A stretch of DNA of 64,000 nt from Patescibacteria group bacterium (GTDB lineage: Bacteria > Patescibacteriota > UBA1384 > UBA12157 > JAENIV01), in contig JAMCZU010000032.1 of assembly GCA_023485405.1 (NCBI GenBank), positions 400 through 64,399 on the forward strand, read 5' to 3'. The position numbers and the translations under genes were made by a program. Shown here piece after piece: positions 1 through 9,090 of this stretch; the first letter of the stretch is position 1, and each line of letters opens with the position of its first letter. Under the pieces are notes generated by a model. That model saw only the letters and a list, made by a program, of their open reading frames with translations, was not told the origin of the DNA and did no database searches.

Positions 1-211
1 CCCATGGTTGAATCGTAATCAAATTTGGGTCAGGTGTCGCGATATTGGCCATTTGTTTAAGCGGCACTTTTGATCCATAGTACACGACGGCAATATTTTC
101 AACCAAAGCGGAACTGGCTTTGCCAGTCCGAAGACCCTTAAGAGATTCTGATAATTTATCAACCACTTGCTGCATTTTTGGGTTGAGATTTCTTAGAATT
201 GATTGGTACAT
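1..211 (-). CDS. frr: ribosome recycling factor, N-terminal ~70 aa (gene runs off window start)
   Basis: minus-strand translation from ATG at 209-211 reads MYQSILRNLNPKMQQVVDKLSESLKGLRTGKASSALVENIAVVYYGSKVPLKQMANI, matching the RRF N-terminus (IRTGRASPSLLD..V.YYG...PL.QLA). Confidence 0.75.
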   Translation of the reverse strand, partial: MYQSILRNLNPKMQQVVDKLSESLKGLRTGKASSALVENIAVVYYGSKVPLKQMANIATPDPNLITIQPW

Positions 212-228
212 ATTCCCTCGCTTTAATC

Positions 229-549
229 TTAAAGTTCTTCGCCCAATTCGTATCTTATAAATCTTTTAATTTGGATATTTTCACCAATTTTGGCCGTTGC
301 CTGATCAATCAAATCTTTAATCGTCATGGCCTCATCTTTAATATAACTTCCCGCAAGTAGTTCTGGCAAGTCTTTTGGGTTCATTGAGGCAATTTGCATC
401 GCCAAATTGTGGGCAAGATCCTTAAACTCAGCATTGCGGACAACGAAATCACTTTCACAAGCAATTTCGAGTAAAACACCAATTTTACCAGCATGAACGT
501 AAGCTTCAACCAAACCTTGATTAGTTGAACGCTCGGCTTTTTTTTGAGC
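229..549 (-). pseudogene. tsf: elongation factor Ts, C-terminal part only; track ORF 229..609 continues into an inverted duplicate of itself
   Basis: GKIGVLLEIACESDFVVRNAEF... matches the EF-Ts core; the N-terminal ~55 aa expected between 549 and the rpsB stop are replaced by the right arm of the inverted repeat (550-689). Confidence 0.55.
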
Positions 550-689
550 AATTGCTTGTGAAAGTGATTTCGTTGTCCGCAATGCTGAGTTTAAGGATCT
601 TGCCCACAATTTGGCGATGCAAATTGCCTCAATGAACCCAAAAGACTTGCCAGAACTACTTGCGGGAAGTTATATTAAAGATGAGGCCA
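327..689. repeat. perfect inverted duplication: arms 327-466 and 550-689 (140 bp each) separated by an 83-bp spacer
   Basis: the reverse complement of 550-689 is identical base-for-base to 327-466; the right arm ends 3 nt from the rpsB stop. Confidence 0.9.
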
Positions 690-692
690 AGA

Positions 693-1400
693 TCATTTAG
701 TTTCCTCTTTAATCTCTTCTTTTTTTTCTTCTTTTTTCCCTTTAAGTTCTTCTTCAATTTTTCCTAAAATAATTTTAATCGTATTTTGTGAATCGTCGTT
801 GGCCGGAATTGGAATATCAATTAAATCCGGATTAGCGTTGGTATCACAAATTCCCACAATTGGCATATTAACTTTTTGTGCTTCTTTGACCGCCACCAAT
901 TCTTTGGCAGTGTCCACCACAAAAAGTACATCGGGCAAATTATTCAAATCTTTAATACCTTCGAAAATCAAATTTAATTTAGCCGCTTTTTCCTCAATTC
1001 TCTTTCTTTCTTTCTTAGTAAACTTTGTAAATTCCGGCGATTTAATTTGTTCTTCAAGACTAGCTAAAGTTTTCAAAGACTTTCGAATGGTTTCAAAATT
1101 TGTCAGTGTCCCACCGGGCCAACGTTCAACCATATAAGGCATATGCAAATTTAAAGCTGTATTTTTAACAATTTCTTTTGCCTGTGACTTAGTTCCCAAA
1201 AATAAAACGGTTTTACCCGCACCGATTTCTTTTTTTAAATAAACAATAGCTTTTTCAAGCTGTTCAAGTGTTTTTTCTAAATTAATGACATAAACGCTAT
1301 CACGAATAGTATAAATAAATTGTTTGGCTCGAGGGAAAGATTTTTCTTTCTTGTGCCCGAAATGCGCTCCCGCTTCTAACAATTGGGTTAGTGTTGGCAT
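693..1400 (-). CDS. rpsB: 30S ribosomal protein S2
   Basis: MPTLTQLLEAGAHFGHKKEKSFPRAKQFIY... is the S2 signature N-terminus. Confidence 0.95.
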   Translation of the reverse strand: MPTLTQLLEAGAHFGHKKEKSFPRAKQFIYTIRDSVYVINLEKTLEQLEKAIVYLKKEIGAGKTVLFLGTKSQAKEIVKNTALNLHMPYMVERWPGGTLTNFETIRKSLKTLASLEEQIKSPEFTKFTKKERKRIEEKAAKLNLIFEGIKDLNNLPDVLFVVDTAKELVAVKEAQKVNMPIVGICDTNANPDLIDIPIPANDDSQNTIKIILGKIEEELKGKKEEKKEEIKEETK

Positions 1401-1487
1401 TACAATGCTCCTATTAGATTAATTATTCTATCAATAGAAATCTTATCATATATCCTTATACTTGGCAATAGTCAAAGATTAAAATCC

Positions 1488-1516
1488 TTGTCAAATTACC
1501 TTCTTTATGTTAAGAT
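1488..1516 (+). promoter_or_regulatory. sigma70-like promoter, TTGTCA-17-TAAGAT with TG extension, ending ~7 nt before the rpmE ATG (possible leaderless mRNA)
   Basis: ttgtca at 1488-1493, 17-nt spacer, tgt-taagat at 1508-1516; no SD before the ATG at 1523. Confidence 0.35.
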
Positions 1517-1522
1517 ATATTT

Positions 1523-1753
1523 ATGAAAAAAGATATTCATCCTCAATACAATGAAAATACTAAAGTTACCTGTTCTTGCGGTAACACTTTTGAAGTCGGC
1601 TCCACCGTCGAAACAATTCATGTAGAGGTCTGCTCTGCTTGTCATCCGTTTTATACCGGCACGGCGAAATTTATTGATACCGCCGGCCGCGTTGATAAAT
1701 TCCAAGAAAAAGTCCGAAAAGCTCAAGAAATGCGGAAGAAAAAAGAAAAGTAA
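1523..1753 (+). CDS. rpmE: 50S ribosomal protein L31
   Basis: MKKDIHPQY...CSCG...[11 protein letters not shown]...GRVDKF is the L31 zinc-ribbon pattern. Confidence 0.95.
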   Translation: MKKDIHPQYNENTKVTCSCGNTFEVGSTVETIHVEVCSACHPFYTGTAKFIDTAGRVDKFQEKVRKAQEMRKKKEK

Positions 1754-1782
1754 AAATCCGATTATCTTAATTATGGACTATT

Positions 1783-2664
1783 ATGCCCGATAATTATCTC
1801 TTACAACAACTCAAAGAGGCTGAAGAACTCTTAAAAACCAGTGACGATTCTAGTATTCGTGAACTGGCCAAACTTGAAATTGAAGACTTACAAAAAAGAG
1901 TTTTTACCACCAAAGATGCTCACAAAAATCTTATTTTGGAAATTCGCGCCGGCACTGGTGGTGATGAAGCGGGACTTTTTGCCAATGAACTTTTTCGAAT
2001 GTATCAACGATTTGCCGAACGTCATGGTTGGCGAATAAATATTTTAAGTTCTAATCAAACTTCTTCGGGCGGGCTAAAAGAATTGGTAGCCGAAATTCAG
2101 GGTGAAGGCTCTTACCAAATGCTCAAATACGAATCAGGAGTTCATCGCGTGCAAAGAGTGCCAAAAACCGAAAAAAGCGGCCGACTTCACACTTCAGCCG
2201 CAACCGTCGCCGTGCTACCCGAAGTTGAAGAAACTGAAATTCAAATTAATCCTCAGGATTTACGGATTGATGTTTATCATGCCCAAGGCCATGGCGGTCA
2301 AGGTGTAAATACAACTGATTCCGCCGTTAGAATCACTCACCTACCAACCGGGCTGGTGGTTACTTGCCAAGATGAACGTTCACAAATCAAAAATCGCGCC
2401 AAGGCTTTAGGTGTACTTCGTTCCAGACTTTACGAAATTGAAGAAGAAAAAAAACGCCAAGAACAAGGAACAGCTAGACGTTCGCAAATTGGCACCGGTG
2501 ACCGTAGTGAAAAAATTAGAACTTATAACTTTCCGCAAGACCGAATCACTGATCATCGAATTAAAAAATCTTGGAGTAAAATTTCTCAAATTCTTGATGG
2601 CAATTTAGAACCAATAATTTCAGCTTTACAAAAAGCTGAAATGGATCTCAAACTAACCTCTTAA
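1783..2664 (+). CDS. prfA: peptide chain release factor 1 (short form, 293 aa)
   Basis: GGQ motif ([21 protein letters not shown]) and P-K-T tripeptide in [26 protein letters not shown] (RF1-type PxT). Confidence 0.85.
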   Translation: MPDNYLLQQLKEAEELLKTSDDSSIRELAKLEIEDLQKRVFTTKDAHKNLILEIRAGTGGDEAGLFANELFRMYQRFAERHGWRINILSSNQTSSGGLKELVAEIQGEGSYQMLKYESGVHRVQRVPKTEKSGRLHTSAATVAVLPEVEETEIQINPQDLRIDVYHAQGHGGQGVNTTDSAVRITHLPTGLVVTCQDERSQIKNRAKALGVLRSRLYEIEEEKKRQEQGTARRSQIGTGDRSEKIRTYNFPQDRITDHRIKKSWSKISQILDGNLEPIISALQKAEMDLKLTS

Positions 2665-2669
2665 ACCAA

Positions 2670-2694
2670 CTCTGACACCTACGAGGTGTCAGAG
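2670..2694. repeat. REP1 hairpin copy 1 (inverted orientation): ctctgacacct-acg-aggtgtcagag
   Basis: 11-bp stem, 3-nt loop; differs from copies 2 and 3 by a compensatory t/a versus c/g pair that preserves pairing. Confidence 0.8.
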
Positions 2695-2700
2695 TAATGA

Positions 2701-3378
2701 TTAACCAGTATAATTGTCAATCAATACATTCTTAATCAAAGATAATTCTTTTTGATAAGATTTTCTGCTCTCGACAAATTTTTTATATTCTTTTGGCGAT
2801 AACGTCAAAATATCTGAAAATGAACAAATTTTCTCTTTTTTAATATCTGAATCAATATACTCATAATATGACGAAAATTCCCAACTATTTAATTTATCTA
2901 CCAAACCAGCTGAAGTTGGATTTAGATGGATATATCTTGTTAAATGAAGTAATTGTTCATCGGAGGACACTACTATACTCTTAAATCTTCCTGTCCAAAG
3001 AGGTCCCACTCGTTTATGTTTGATATTAAAATATCTGGCATAACTATTGAGTAATTTAGACATATATTTCGCAATTCCTTTATCAGTAATTTGTTTCAAT
3101 AATAAATGCAAATGTGTTGGCATCAGACAATACGCTATAATCTCAACCAAAACATCATTATCTTTTCTTAAATTAGCAATAATAGCTTGTTGATTTGCAT
3201 CTGTGAGTTCATTAAAATTTGAATATTTATAAATAAAATCAATATAGCGATATAAATCCAAAATATCTAACATTCTCAAATAATCTTCGTTATTATTAAA
3301 AATCTTAAATTGAGCAATACTTCGGCTAAAAATATGATAATACTGATCATTAACTAAAGGGTCTTTACGACTTTGCAA
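2701..3378 (-). CDS. IS200/RAYT-family Y1 (HuH) tyrosine transposase
   Basis: HuH motif in AYCLMPTHLHLLL; catalytic-Tyr region SYARYFNIKHKRVGPLWTGRFKS; flanked by oppositely oriented REP hairpins. Confidence 0.8.
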   Translation of the reverse strand: MQSRKDPLVNDQYYHIFSRSIAQFKIFNNNEDYLRMLDILDLYRYIDFIYKYSNFNELTDANQQAIIANLRKDNDVLVEIIAYCLMPTHLHLLLKQITDKGIAKYMSKLLNSYARYFNIKHKRVGPLWTGRFKSIVVSSDEQLLHLTRYIHLNPTSAGLVDKLNSWEFSSYYEYIDSDIKKEKICSFSDILTLSPKEYKKFVESRKSYQKELSLIKNVLIDNYTG

Positions 3379-3413
3379 TTCTCCTCCTTAATGTAATTAT
3401 AACAGATTTGAAA

Positions 3414-3444
3414 CCACTCCGACACCTCGTAGGTGTCGGAGTGG
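3414..3444. repeat. REP1 hairpin copy 2: ccactccgacacct-cgt-aggtgtcggagtgg followed by tggttag tail
   Basis: 14-bp perfect stem; shares the agtggtggttag tail with copy 3. Confidence 0.8.
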
Positions 3445-3456
3445 TGGTTAGAGTCC

Positions 3457-4095
3457 CTAATTAATAGAATAGATGTCAAATCTAAATCCAGTTCTCCCAA
3501 TTTTGGATGCTAATAATTTTATATTTCTATCGTATTTCTTTGACAAATCTTTCAGCAACTTTTGATCAGCAAAATCAGCCCAAGCAAAATAAGCTCTACC
3601 ACCATCTTTTAAATAAAGATTAAACTCCTTAAAAAATCTTGTTAAAACACTATTATTCTCATCCCAAAAACAAATTTCGGTTAAATTGAGAGCTTTTGCT
3701 TGGGCTGATTTTGCTTTAATAGTTATAACATCAAATTTATCTTGAACAGTAGAGAATAAATCACTTATTAAAAATTTTATATTTCTAAAACTCAGTTTTT
3801 TCTTGTTAAAATTTGCATTCTTTATCGCTTCTGGATTTAAGTCCATTCCAACAACTTTACCAGCTCCTTTTTTAATAGCTCCAAAAGCAATTATTCCATT
3901 ACCGGTACACAAATCTAAAACACTGTCACCTTGATTAATCTGCATTTGATCAATCATCAATTCACTATCAGTTCCACCTGCATATACACCAGGAAAACAA
4001 GCCAAATCGATTCCGCATATTGTTTTTGACATTAATCCATTTTGGTTTCTGATTTTTTTAATGTATTTAGTTTGAGTCACCAAAGATTTTTTCAT
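3457..4095 (-). CDS. small class I SAM-dependent methyltransferase (MTS-type)
   Basis: motif I VLDLCTGNGIIAFGA and motif II-like VVGMDLNPEAI; flanked on both sides by REP1 copies. Confidence 0.65.
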   Translation of the reverse strand: MKKSLVTQTKYIKKIRNQNGLMSKTICGIDLACFPGVYAGGTDSELMIDQMQINQGDSVLDLCTGNGIIAFGAIKKGAGKVVGMDLNPEAIKNANFNKKKLSFRNIKFLISDLFSTVQDKFDVITIKAKSAQAKALNLTEICFWDENNSVLTRFFKEFNLYLKDGGRAYFAWADFADQKLLKDLSKKYDRNIKLLASKIGRTGFRFDIYSIN

Positions 4096-4141
4096 GAGTC
4101 TAGCGTATCATCTTATTAAATTAGTGTTTAATTAAACCTTT

Positions 4142-4176
4142 TCCGACACCTCGTAGGTGTCGGAGTGGTGGTTAGG
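4142..4176. repeat. REP1 hairpin copy 3 with agtggtggttagg tail
   Basis: tccgacacct-cgt-aggtgtcgga with the same tail as copy 2. Confidence 0.8.
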
Positions 4177-4182
4177 TTGGAA

Positions 4183-5355
4183 CTATTCGGTTGAGCCTAA
4201 TTTAAGTTTTACCGTTTGTTCTTTTTTATCGCGTAAAAACTTAATTTCAATTTCATCCCCAACTTGATATTTTTGGATTACTCCGCCCAATGGATGACTT
4301 TCGTCAATCCTCTCACCATTAATTTCTAAAATAATATCATTGGCTTTTAAGCCAGCAACATCCGCTGGACTACCCGCTACTACCGCTGGACTATTAGCGC
4401 CACCGGTGATTAAAGCACCGTAGTCAATGGATAAATTATTGCTTTTCGCAATTTCTTTATTTAAAGTGACATACCTCACTCCGATTTGTGGTTTAACAAT
4501 TTTACCTGTCTTTTTATAAGACTCGAGCGCGCCTTTAGCTTGGTTAATAGGAATTGCAAAACCAATACTTTGGGCATTACCAGCAATCGCTGTATTAATG
4601 CCAATGACTTGACCAGCTAAATTAACTAGTGGTCCGCCAGAATTACCAGGATTAATGGCGGCATCTGTTTGCAGTAAATTATTTAATTGTTCTTGGTCAT
4701 TACTACTCCCAGCCGTCAGCTGTCTTTCACGAGCTGAAATTACTCCCGCTGTCACCGTATTTTGAAGTTGCCCTAAAGCATTACCAATGGCTACCACCCA
4801 TTGACCAACCTGAAGATCATCCGAGTCACCCAAATCAACTACCGGAAGGCCACTTGCTTCAATTTTTAAAATCGCTAAATCGTTGGTCGGATCCAAGGCG
4901 ACAACTTTGGCATCGTAAGTTTTAGCATCGGCCGTAAGTACGGCTAAACTTTCACCGGCCTGGGCCACATGTTTATTGGTCAAAATAAGACCATCATTAG
5001 TAATGATAAAACCGGTACCACCACCTTGTTGCTGCGTTACTTGGCCAAAAATATCTCGAGCGTTAGTAGTAGTTGTAATTGAAACTACCGCTGGTGCCAC
5101 TTTTTTAGTCGCATCAATAATCGCCGATGATTCATCTAATCTTAGTTTTTCGGTTTTGGTAGTAGTAAGATTAACTGATCCACCTTTAATTCCAAAAACT
5201 TCCTGTAATTTGCTATTGGAAACTAAAAGTAAAGTTGCGCCAGTTCCACCCAAAAGACCCATTAAAAAACTTAAGACCAAAAATATAACGACGAATGTTC
5301 CCCCGCGTTTTAAATTGTTGTTTTTATTACCATCTAAATAATGAATCTTTGGCAT
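4183..5355 (-). CDS. htrA: HtrA/DegP-family serine protease (trypsin domain plus PDZ)
   Basis: catalytic triad contexts TNKHV, DLAILKI, GNSGGPLVN; N-terminal membrane anchor; C-terminal PDZ. Confidence 0.9.
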   Translation of the reverse strand: MPKIHYLDGNKNNNLKRGGTFVVIFLVLSFLMGLLGGTGATLLLVSNSKLQEVFGIKGGSVNLTTTKTEKLRLDESSAIIDATKKVAPAVVSITTTTNARDIFGQVTQQQGGGTGFIITNDGLILTNKHVAQAGESLAVLTADAKTYDAKVVALDPTNDLAILKIEASGLPVVDLGDSDDLQVGQWVVAIGNALGQLQNTVTAGVISARERQLTAGSSNDQEQLNNLLQTDAAINPGNSGGPLVNLAGQVIGINTAIAGNAQSIGFAIPINQAKGALESYKKTGKIVKPQIGVRYVTLNKEIAKSNNLSIDYGALITGGANSPAVVAGSPADVAGLKANDIILEINGERIDESHPLGGVIQKYQVGDEIEIKFLRDKKEQTVKLKLGSTE

Positions 5356-5604
5356 TTATTTCTCCTCTTCCTCTTTCGCTTCTTGGGTACTTTTACCCAA
5401 GAAATATGTGACTAGCACTGCTAATAAAGTCACGATAATAGCATATATTAATTTTGAAATAAATCCAGAACCCGCCTTAATAAAATGATCAATAAAATCT
5501 TTAATCGCCTCATTCCACGCTAAAGCTGCGACTAAGCCAAAACCAGCCGTCGCTAGTTGCGTCATGGTTTTTAAAAATTCCGACCTGAGATTATTTTTTT
5601 TCAT
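5356..5604 (-). CDS. small membrane protein, function unknown
   Basis: 82 aa, two hydrophobic helices, acidic tail; overlaps the gatB stop (operon-like). Confidence 0.35.
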   Translation of the reverse strand: MKKNNLRSEFLKTMTQLATAGFGLVAALAWNEAIKDFIDHFIKAGSGFISKLIYAIIVTLLAVLVTYFLGKSTQEAKEEEEK

Positions 5605-7025
5605 TTTATCCTTTCATTTAATAATTTGTTAACTATTTGAGGATTAGCTTTACCTTGGGTTTTTTTCATCACCTGCCCCACTAAAAAACCCAACGCTTCT
5701 TTTTTACCCTTTTTAAAATCTTCGACTGATTTTTGATTTTCTTTTGAAACTTCATCAATAATTTTAATAATTTCTGACTCATTACTGACTTGACCCAAAC
5801 CTTTTTCTTTGATAATTTCGCTAGCATTCTTGCCATTTGTAACCATCTCTGCCAAAACATTTTTGGCAATTTTCCCTGAAATTTCACCCTTTTCAATCAG
5901 TTGCAATAACTCAATTAAATTTCCGGATTTTATTTGACCGCCTTCACCTGACAGGTGGGGTTTATGGTTAGGTAGTTCATTAATAACCCAATTAGCAGCA
6001 AGTTTTGGTGAAACTTTTGTTGCTACTTCTTCAAAATATTCGGCCATTTGTTTATCTAAAGTTAAAACAGCGGCATCTTGCGGTGCCAGACCTAAATCAT
6101 CAATATACCTTTTTCTTTTTTCAGCTGGTAATTCCGGCATTTCCTCTTTAATTTTTGCTAAATTAAACTCAACTGTTTCAAATGGCGGGATGTCGGGCTC
6201 GGGAAAGTAACGATAGTCCTGAGCGTATTCTTTGCTTCTTTGAGAATATGTTTCGCCTTTACCGTCATTCCAACCCCGGGTTTCTTTCACTATTTTTTCA
6301 CCCTTTTCAAGCAATTGCCTTTGGCGTTTTTCTTCGTAAGCAAGAGCTCGTTCCACCATCTTGAAACTATTCATATTTTTAATTTCAACCGGTATCCCTA
6401 TTTCCCATTTCTCGTTTCTTATTTCTGCGACGCTAATATTAGCGTCGCACCGTAGGTGTCCACTTTCCATATTAGCGTCAGAAACTGAAAGAAACCTGAG
6501 AATAGTTCGAAGTTCTTGCATAAAAATTTTTGCTTCCTGGGGCGAAGAAATTTCCGGGTTCGTCACAATTTCCATCAAAGGCGTGCCTGCACGGTTTAAA
6601 TCAACTAAAGTGGCATTCTCAGTATGGATCAACTTACCAGCGTCTTCTTCAAGATGAATTCTGGTTAAATTAATTTTTCTTATTTCTTCTTTCTTATTTC
6701 TTATTTCTAAATACCCGCCAGTACAAAATGGCAGATCAAATTGAGAAATTTGATAATTTTTTGGTAAATCAGGATAAAAATAATGCTTACGATCAAACTT
6801 ACTTTTTTCGGCAATTTTAGAGTTTAAAGCCAGACCGGTTTTTAGTGTCCACTCGATTGCTTGACGGTTGGCTACCGGCAATACCCCAGGCAAACCCAAA
6901 CAAACTGGGCAGACCAAAGTATTTGGTTTTGCCTCTTCGGCTTTATTATTGCAACCACAAAACATTTTTGATTGAGTTTTTAATTGGACATGAATTTCCA
7001 AACCAATAATTGTCTTATATTCCAT
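5601..7025 (-). CDS. gatB: Asp/Glu-tRNA amidotransferase subunit B
   Basis: MEYKTIIGLEIHVQLKTQSKMFCGC... and the C-terminal GatB/YqeY domain. Confidence 0.95.
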   Translation of the reverse strand: MEYKTIIGLEIHVQLKTQSKMFCGCNNKAEEAKPNTLVCPVCLGLPGVLPVANRQAIEWTLKTGLALNSKIAEKSKFDRKHYFYPDLPKNYQISQFDLPFCTGGYLEIRNKKEEIRKINLTRIHLEEDAGKLIHTENATLVDLNRAGTPLMEIVTNPEISSPQEAKIFMQELRTILRFLSVSDANMESGHLRCDANISVAEIRNEKWEIGIPVEIKNMNSFKMVERALAYEEKRQRQLLEKGEKIVKETRGWNDGKGETYSQRSKEYAQDYRYFPEPDIPPFETVEFNLAKIKEEMPELPAEKRKRYIDDLGLAPQDAAVLTLDKQMAEYFEEVATKVSPKLAANWVINELPNHKPHLSGEGGQIKSGNLIELLQLIEKGEISGKIAKNVLAEMVTNGKNASEIIKEKGLGQVSNESEIIKIIDEVSKENQKSVEDFKKGKKEALGFLVGQVMKKTQGKANPQIVNKLLNERIK

Positions 7026-7028
7026 AAT

Positions 7029-7529
7029 TTATACTAATTCTCCAATTGCTTTTTTGAAATTTGAAATTGCCTCGCGAGCCATAAAATCAGTAATTTCATA
7101 TTGACTGTTATGAACTAATTCATTTCTAATTTTGTGACCACGCCAAGCTGCATCAAGTCCTTCGGGCGAAAAACGATTCTTCGAAGCCTTAAGCCGATCA
7201 CCCATTGTTAATCCTGGCGCACGCAAACCCTTTAATATATGGTCTAAAAGTTTATCTGCCTCTAAAACCGCGCGAGCAAAATTAGACGGCCGACCCAAAC
7301 GCATTAACTGCTCAATTTCTTGCCATTTAGTTTCAACGAAACTTCGGTCAATTCCACCACTACCATAACTTTCGTGCGATCTTCCTTTATGTTTTTTCCC
7401 AAATATCAACCGGAAAGGAAAAGATACAATCCACCATAAACCTTTAAATATATTTTCAACGATTTTTTGCTCAGTTGACCCGCCTTGCCGCGAGGCAGGT
7501 TTATAATATTTATGCACCTTGTAACCCAT
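7029..7529 (-). CDS. hypothetical membrane-anchored protein with HEPN-like Rx4H motif
   Basis: N-terminal hydrophobic segment; C-terminal KIRNELVHN (R-x4-H); sits between gatA and gatB. Confidence 0.3.
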   Translation of the reverse strand: MGYKVHKYYKPASRQGGSTEQKIVENIFKGLWWIVSFPFRLIFGKKHKGRSHESYGSGGIDRSFVETKWQEIEQLMRLGRPSNFARAVLEADKLLDHILKGLRAPGLTMGDRLKASKNRFSPEGLDAAWRGHKIRNELVHNSQYEITDFMAREAISNFKKAIGELV

Positions 7530-8964
7530 CTTTTACCCCCTCATATTTTTTTGCTAAATCAAAAATCTTAAAATCAGAAAATTGCGGCCCAATAATTTGC
7601 AAACCCACTGGCAAATCATCAACTTTTTTACAAGGCACTGAAATAGCCGGTAGCCCTGCTAGGTTCACCGCAATAGTATAAATATCAGATAAATACATTG
7701 TCAAAGGATCGGTGGTTTTTTCACCAATTTTAAAAGCGGTTGTTGGTGCCACTGGCCCTAAAATAAAATCAACTTCTTGAAAAACTTTGTCAAAATCTTT
7801 TTTAACCAAGCTTCTGACCTTTTGCGCTTTATTGTAATATTGATCAATATAGCCTGCCGATGAAGTATAAGTGCCAAGCATAATTCTTCTTTTGGCTTCT
7901 TTGCCAAATCCACTTGACCGACTTTTTAAATAAACATCTAACAAATTCTTAATTCTTAATTCTGAATTCTTAATTTCACTGTATCCATATTTAATCCCAT
8001 CGTAACGAGCTAAATTAGAAGCCACTTCCACCGGCATAATAATATAGTAGCACGAGAGAGCATATTTAGAGTTCGGTAAACTGACTTCCTTAATTTCTGC
8101 ACCCATTTCTTTAAATTTCGAAATTGCCTGTTCAATGACCTTTTTAACTTTTGGGTCCAAACCTTCCGCAAAATACTCATTCGGTATCCCTATTTTTAAA
8201 TCTCTTATTTCTATTTTCTTATTTCTTATTTCTTCTTTTAGACTGGTTGAGTCCTTTGGATCATATCCTGAAATTGCCTCAAATAATATTTCTACATCCT
8301 CAACGGATCTCGCCATCGGCCCAATTTGATCTAAGGACGAAGCCATCGCAAAAAGACCATAACGGGAAACCAAGCCATAAGTTGGTTTAAAACCAACAAT
8401 GCCACAGAAACTGGCTGGTTGTCTGATTGAACCACCAGTGTCCGAGCCTATTGCTAAAGGCGACATACCGGATGCCACCGCCACCGCCGAACCACCCGAG
8501 GAACCACCCGGCACTCGCGTTTTGTCGTGAGGATTTTTGGTTGGTCCAAAAACAGAAGTTTCCGTTGATGAACCCATCGCAAATTCATCTAAATTAGTTT
8601 TTCCCAAAATGACCGCGCCCGCTTCTTTTAATTTAGTAATTACTGTTGCTTCATAGGGCGGAACAAACCCCTGAAGTATCTTTGAAGCCGCTGCTGTCTC
8701 TATACCTTCAATCGCTATATTATCTTTAATCGCAATTGGCACACCATCCAACAAACCTTTGGGGTTACCTGCCTCAAATCTTTTTTGACTTTCTTCGGCT
8801 GCGTCAAGTGCATTGGAATTTAAAACTTTTACAAAAGCATTTAATTCGTGATTCAAATTAGTAATTTTTTCAAAACAAACTTTTGCCAGCTCAACTGGTG
8901 TTGTTTTTTTATTTTTGAATAGTTCAAAAGTCTCTTTAATATTTAATTCTTTTTTGTCAGTCAT
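7510..8964 (-). CDS. gatA: Asp/Glu-tRNA amidotransferase subunit A (amidase signature)
   Basis: GGSSGGSAVAVASG amidase signature; Ser-cisSer-Lys context. Confidence 0.95.
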   Translation of the reverse strand: MTDKKELNIKETFELFKNKKTTPVELAKVCFEKITNLNHELNAFVKVLNSNALDAAEESQKRFEAGNPKGLLDGVPIAIKDNIAIEGIETAAASKILQGFVPPYEATVITKLKEAGAVILGKTNLDEFAMGSSTETSVFGPTKNPHDKTRVPGGSSGGSAVAVASGMSPLAIGSDTGGSIRQPASFCGIVGFKPTYGLVSRYGLFAMASSLDQIGPMARSVEDVEILFEAISGYDPKDSTSLKEEIRNKKIEIRDLKIGIPNEYFAEGLDPKVKKVIEQAISKFKEMGAEIKEVSLPNSKYALSCYYIIMPVEVASNLARYDGIKYGYSEIKNSELRIKNLLDVYLKSRSSGFGKEAKRRIMLGTYTSSAGYIDQYYNKAQKVRSLVKKDFDKVFQEVDFILGPVAPTTAFKIGEKTTDPLTMYLSDIYTIAVNLAGLPAISVPCKKVDDLPVGLQIIGPQFSDFKIFDLAKKYEGVKDGLQGA

Positions 8965-9000
8965 TTTTATCTAATAATATCTTACTACAGATATAAGCTA

Positions 9001-9029
9001 TTGACAATGATAAAAATTTCTGTTATGAT
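9001..9029 (+). promoter_or_regulatory. consensus sigma70 promoter TTGACA-17-TATGAT with TGn extension, followed by a UUCG-tetraloop 5' hairpin (9040-9057)
   Basis: ttgaca 9001-9006; tgt-tatgat 9021-9029; gtctcgc-ttcg-gcaagac hairpin; SD aaggagg 9076-9082; GTG start 9091. Confidence 0.5.
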
Positions 9030-9090
9030 ATATTTTTGTGTCTCGCTTCGGCAAGACGTAAGAATACCAAAATCCAAGGAGGACAACTAA

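Larger units (their letters stand above)
2670..3444 (-). mobile_element. REP-RAYT-REP unit
   Basis: RAYT-like gene bracketed by two copies of the same palindrome in inverted orientation, the canonical REP/RAYT arrangement. Confidence 0.65.

Noticed and set aside
799-1137. Short ORFs antisense to or embedded in well-supported genes (e.g. 799..1137, 1505..1726, 1841..2038, 4976..5341, 6182..6657, 8135..8390, 10287..11043, 22915..23161, 41045..41874)
   Set aside because: They overlap strongly supported housekeeping CDSs in other frames, are low-complexity or hydrophobic junk typical of AT-rich antisense reading, and have no SD or start context.
6677-6708. gatB heptamer tract as a net insertion
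   Set aside because: The encoded LEIRNKKEEIRKIN occupies a loop of similar length in canonical GatB, so it is a recoded segment rather than an insertion.
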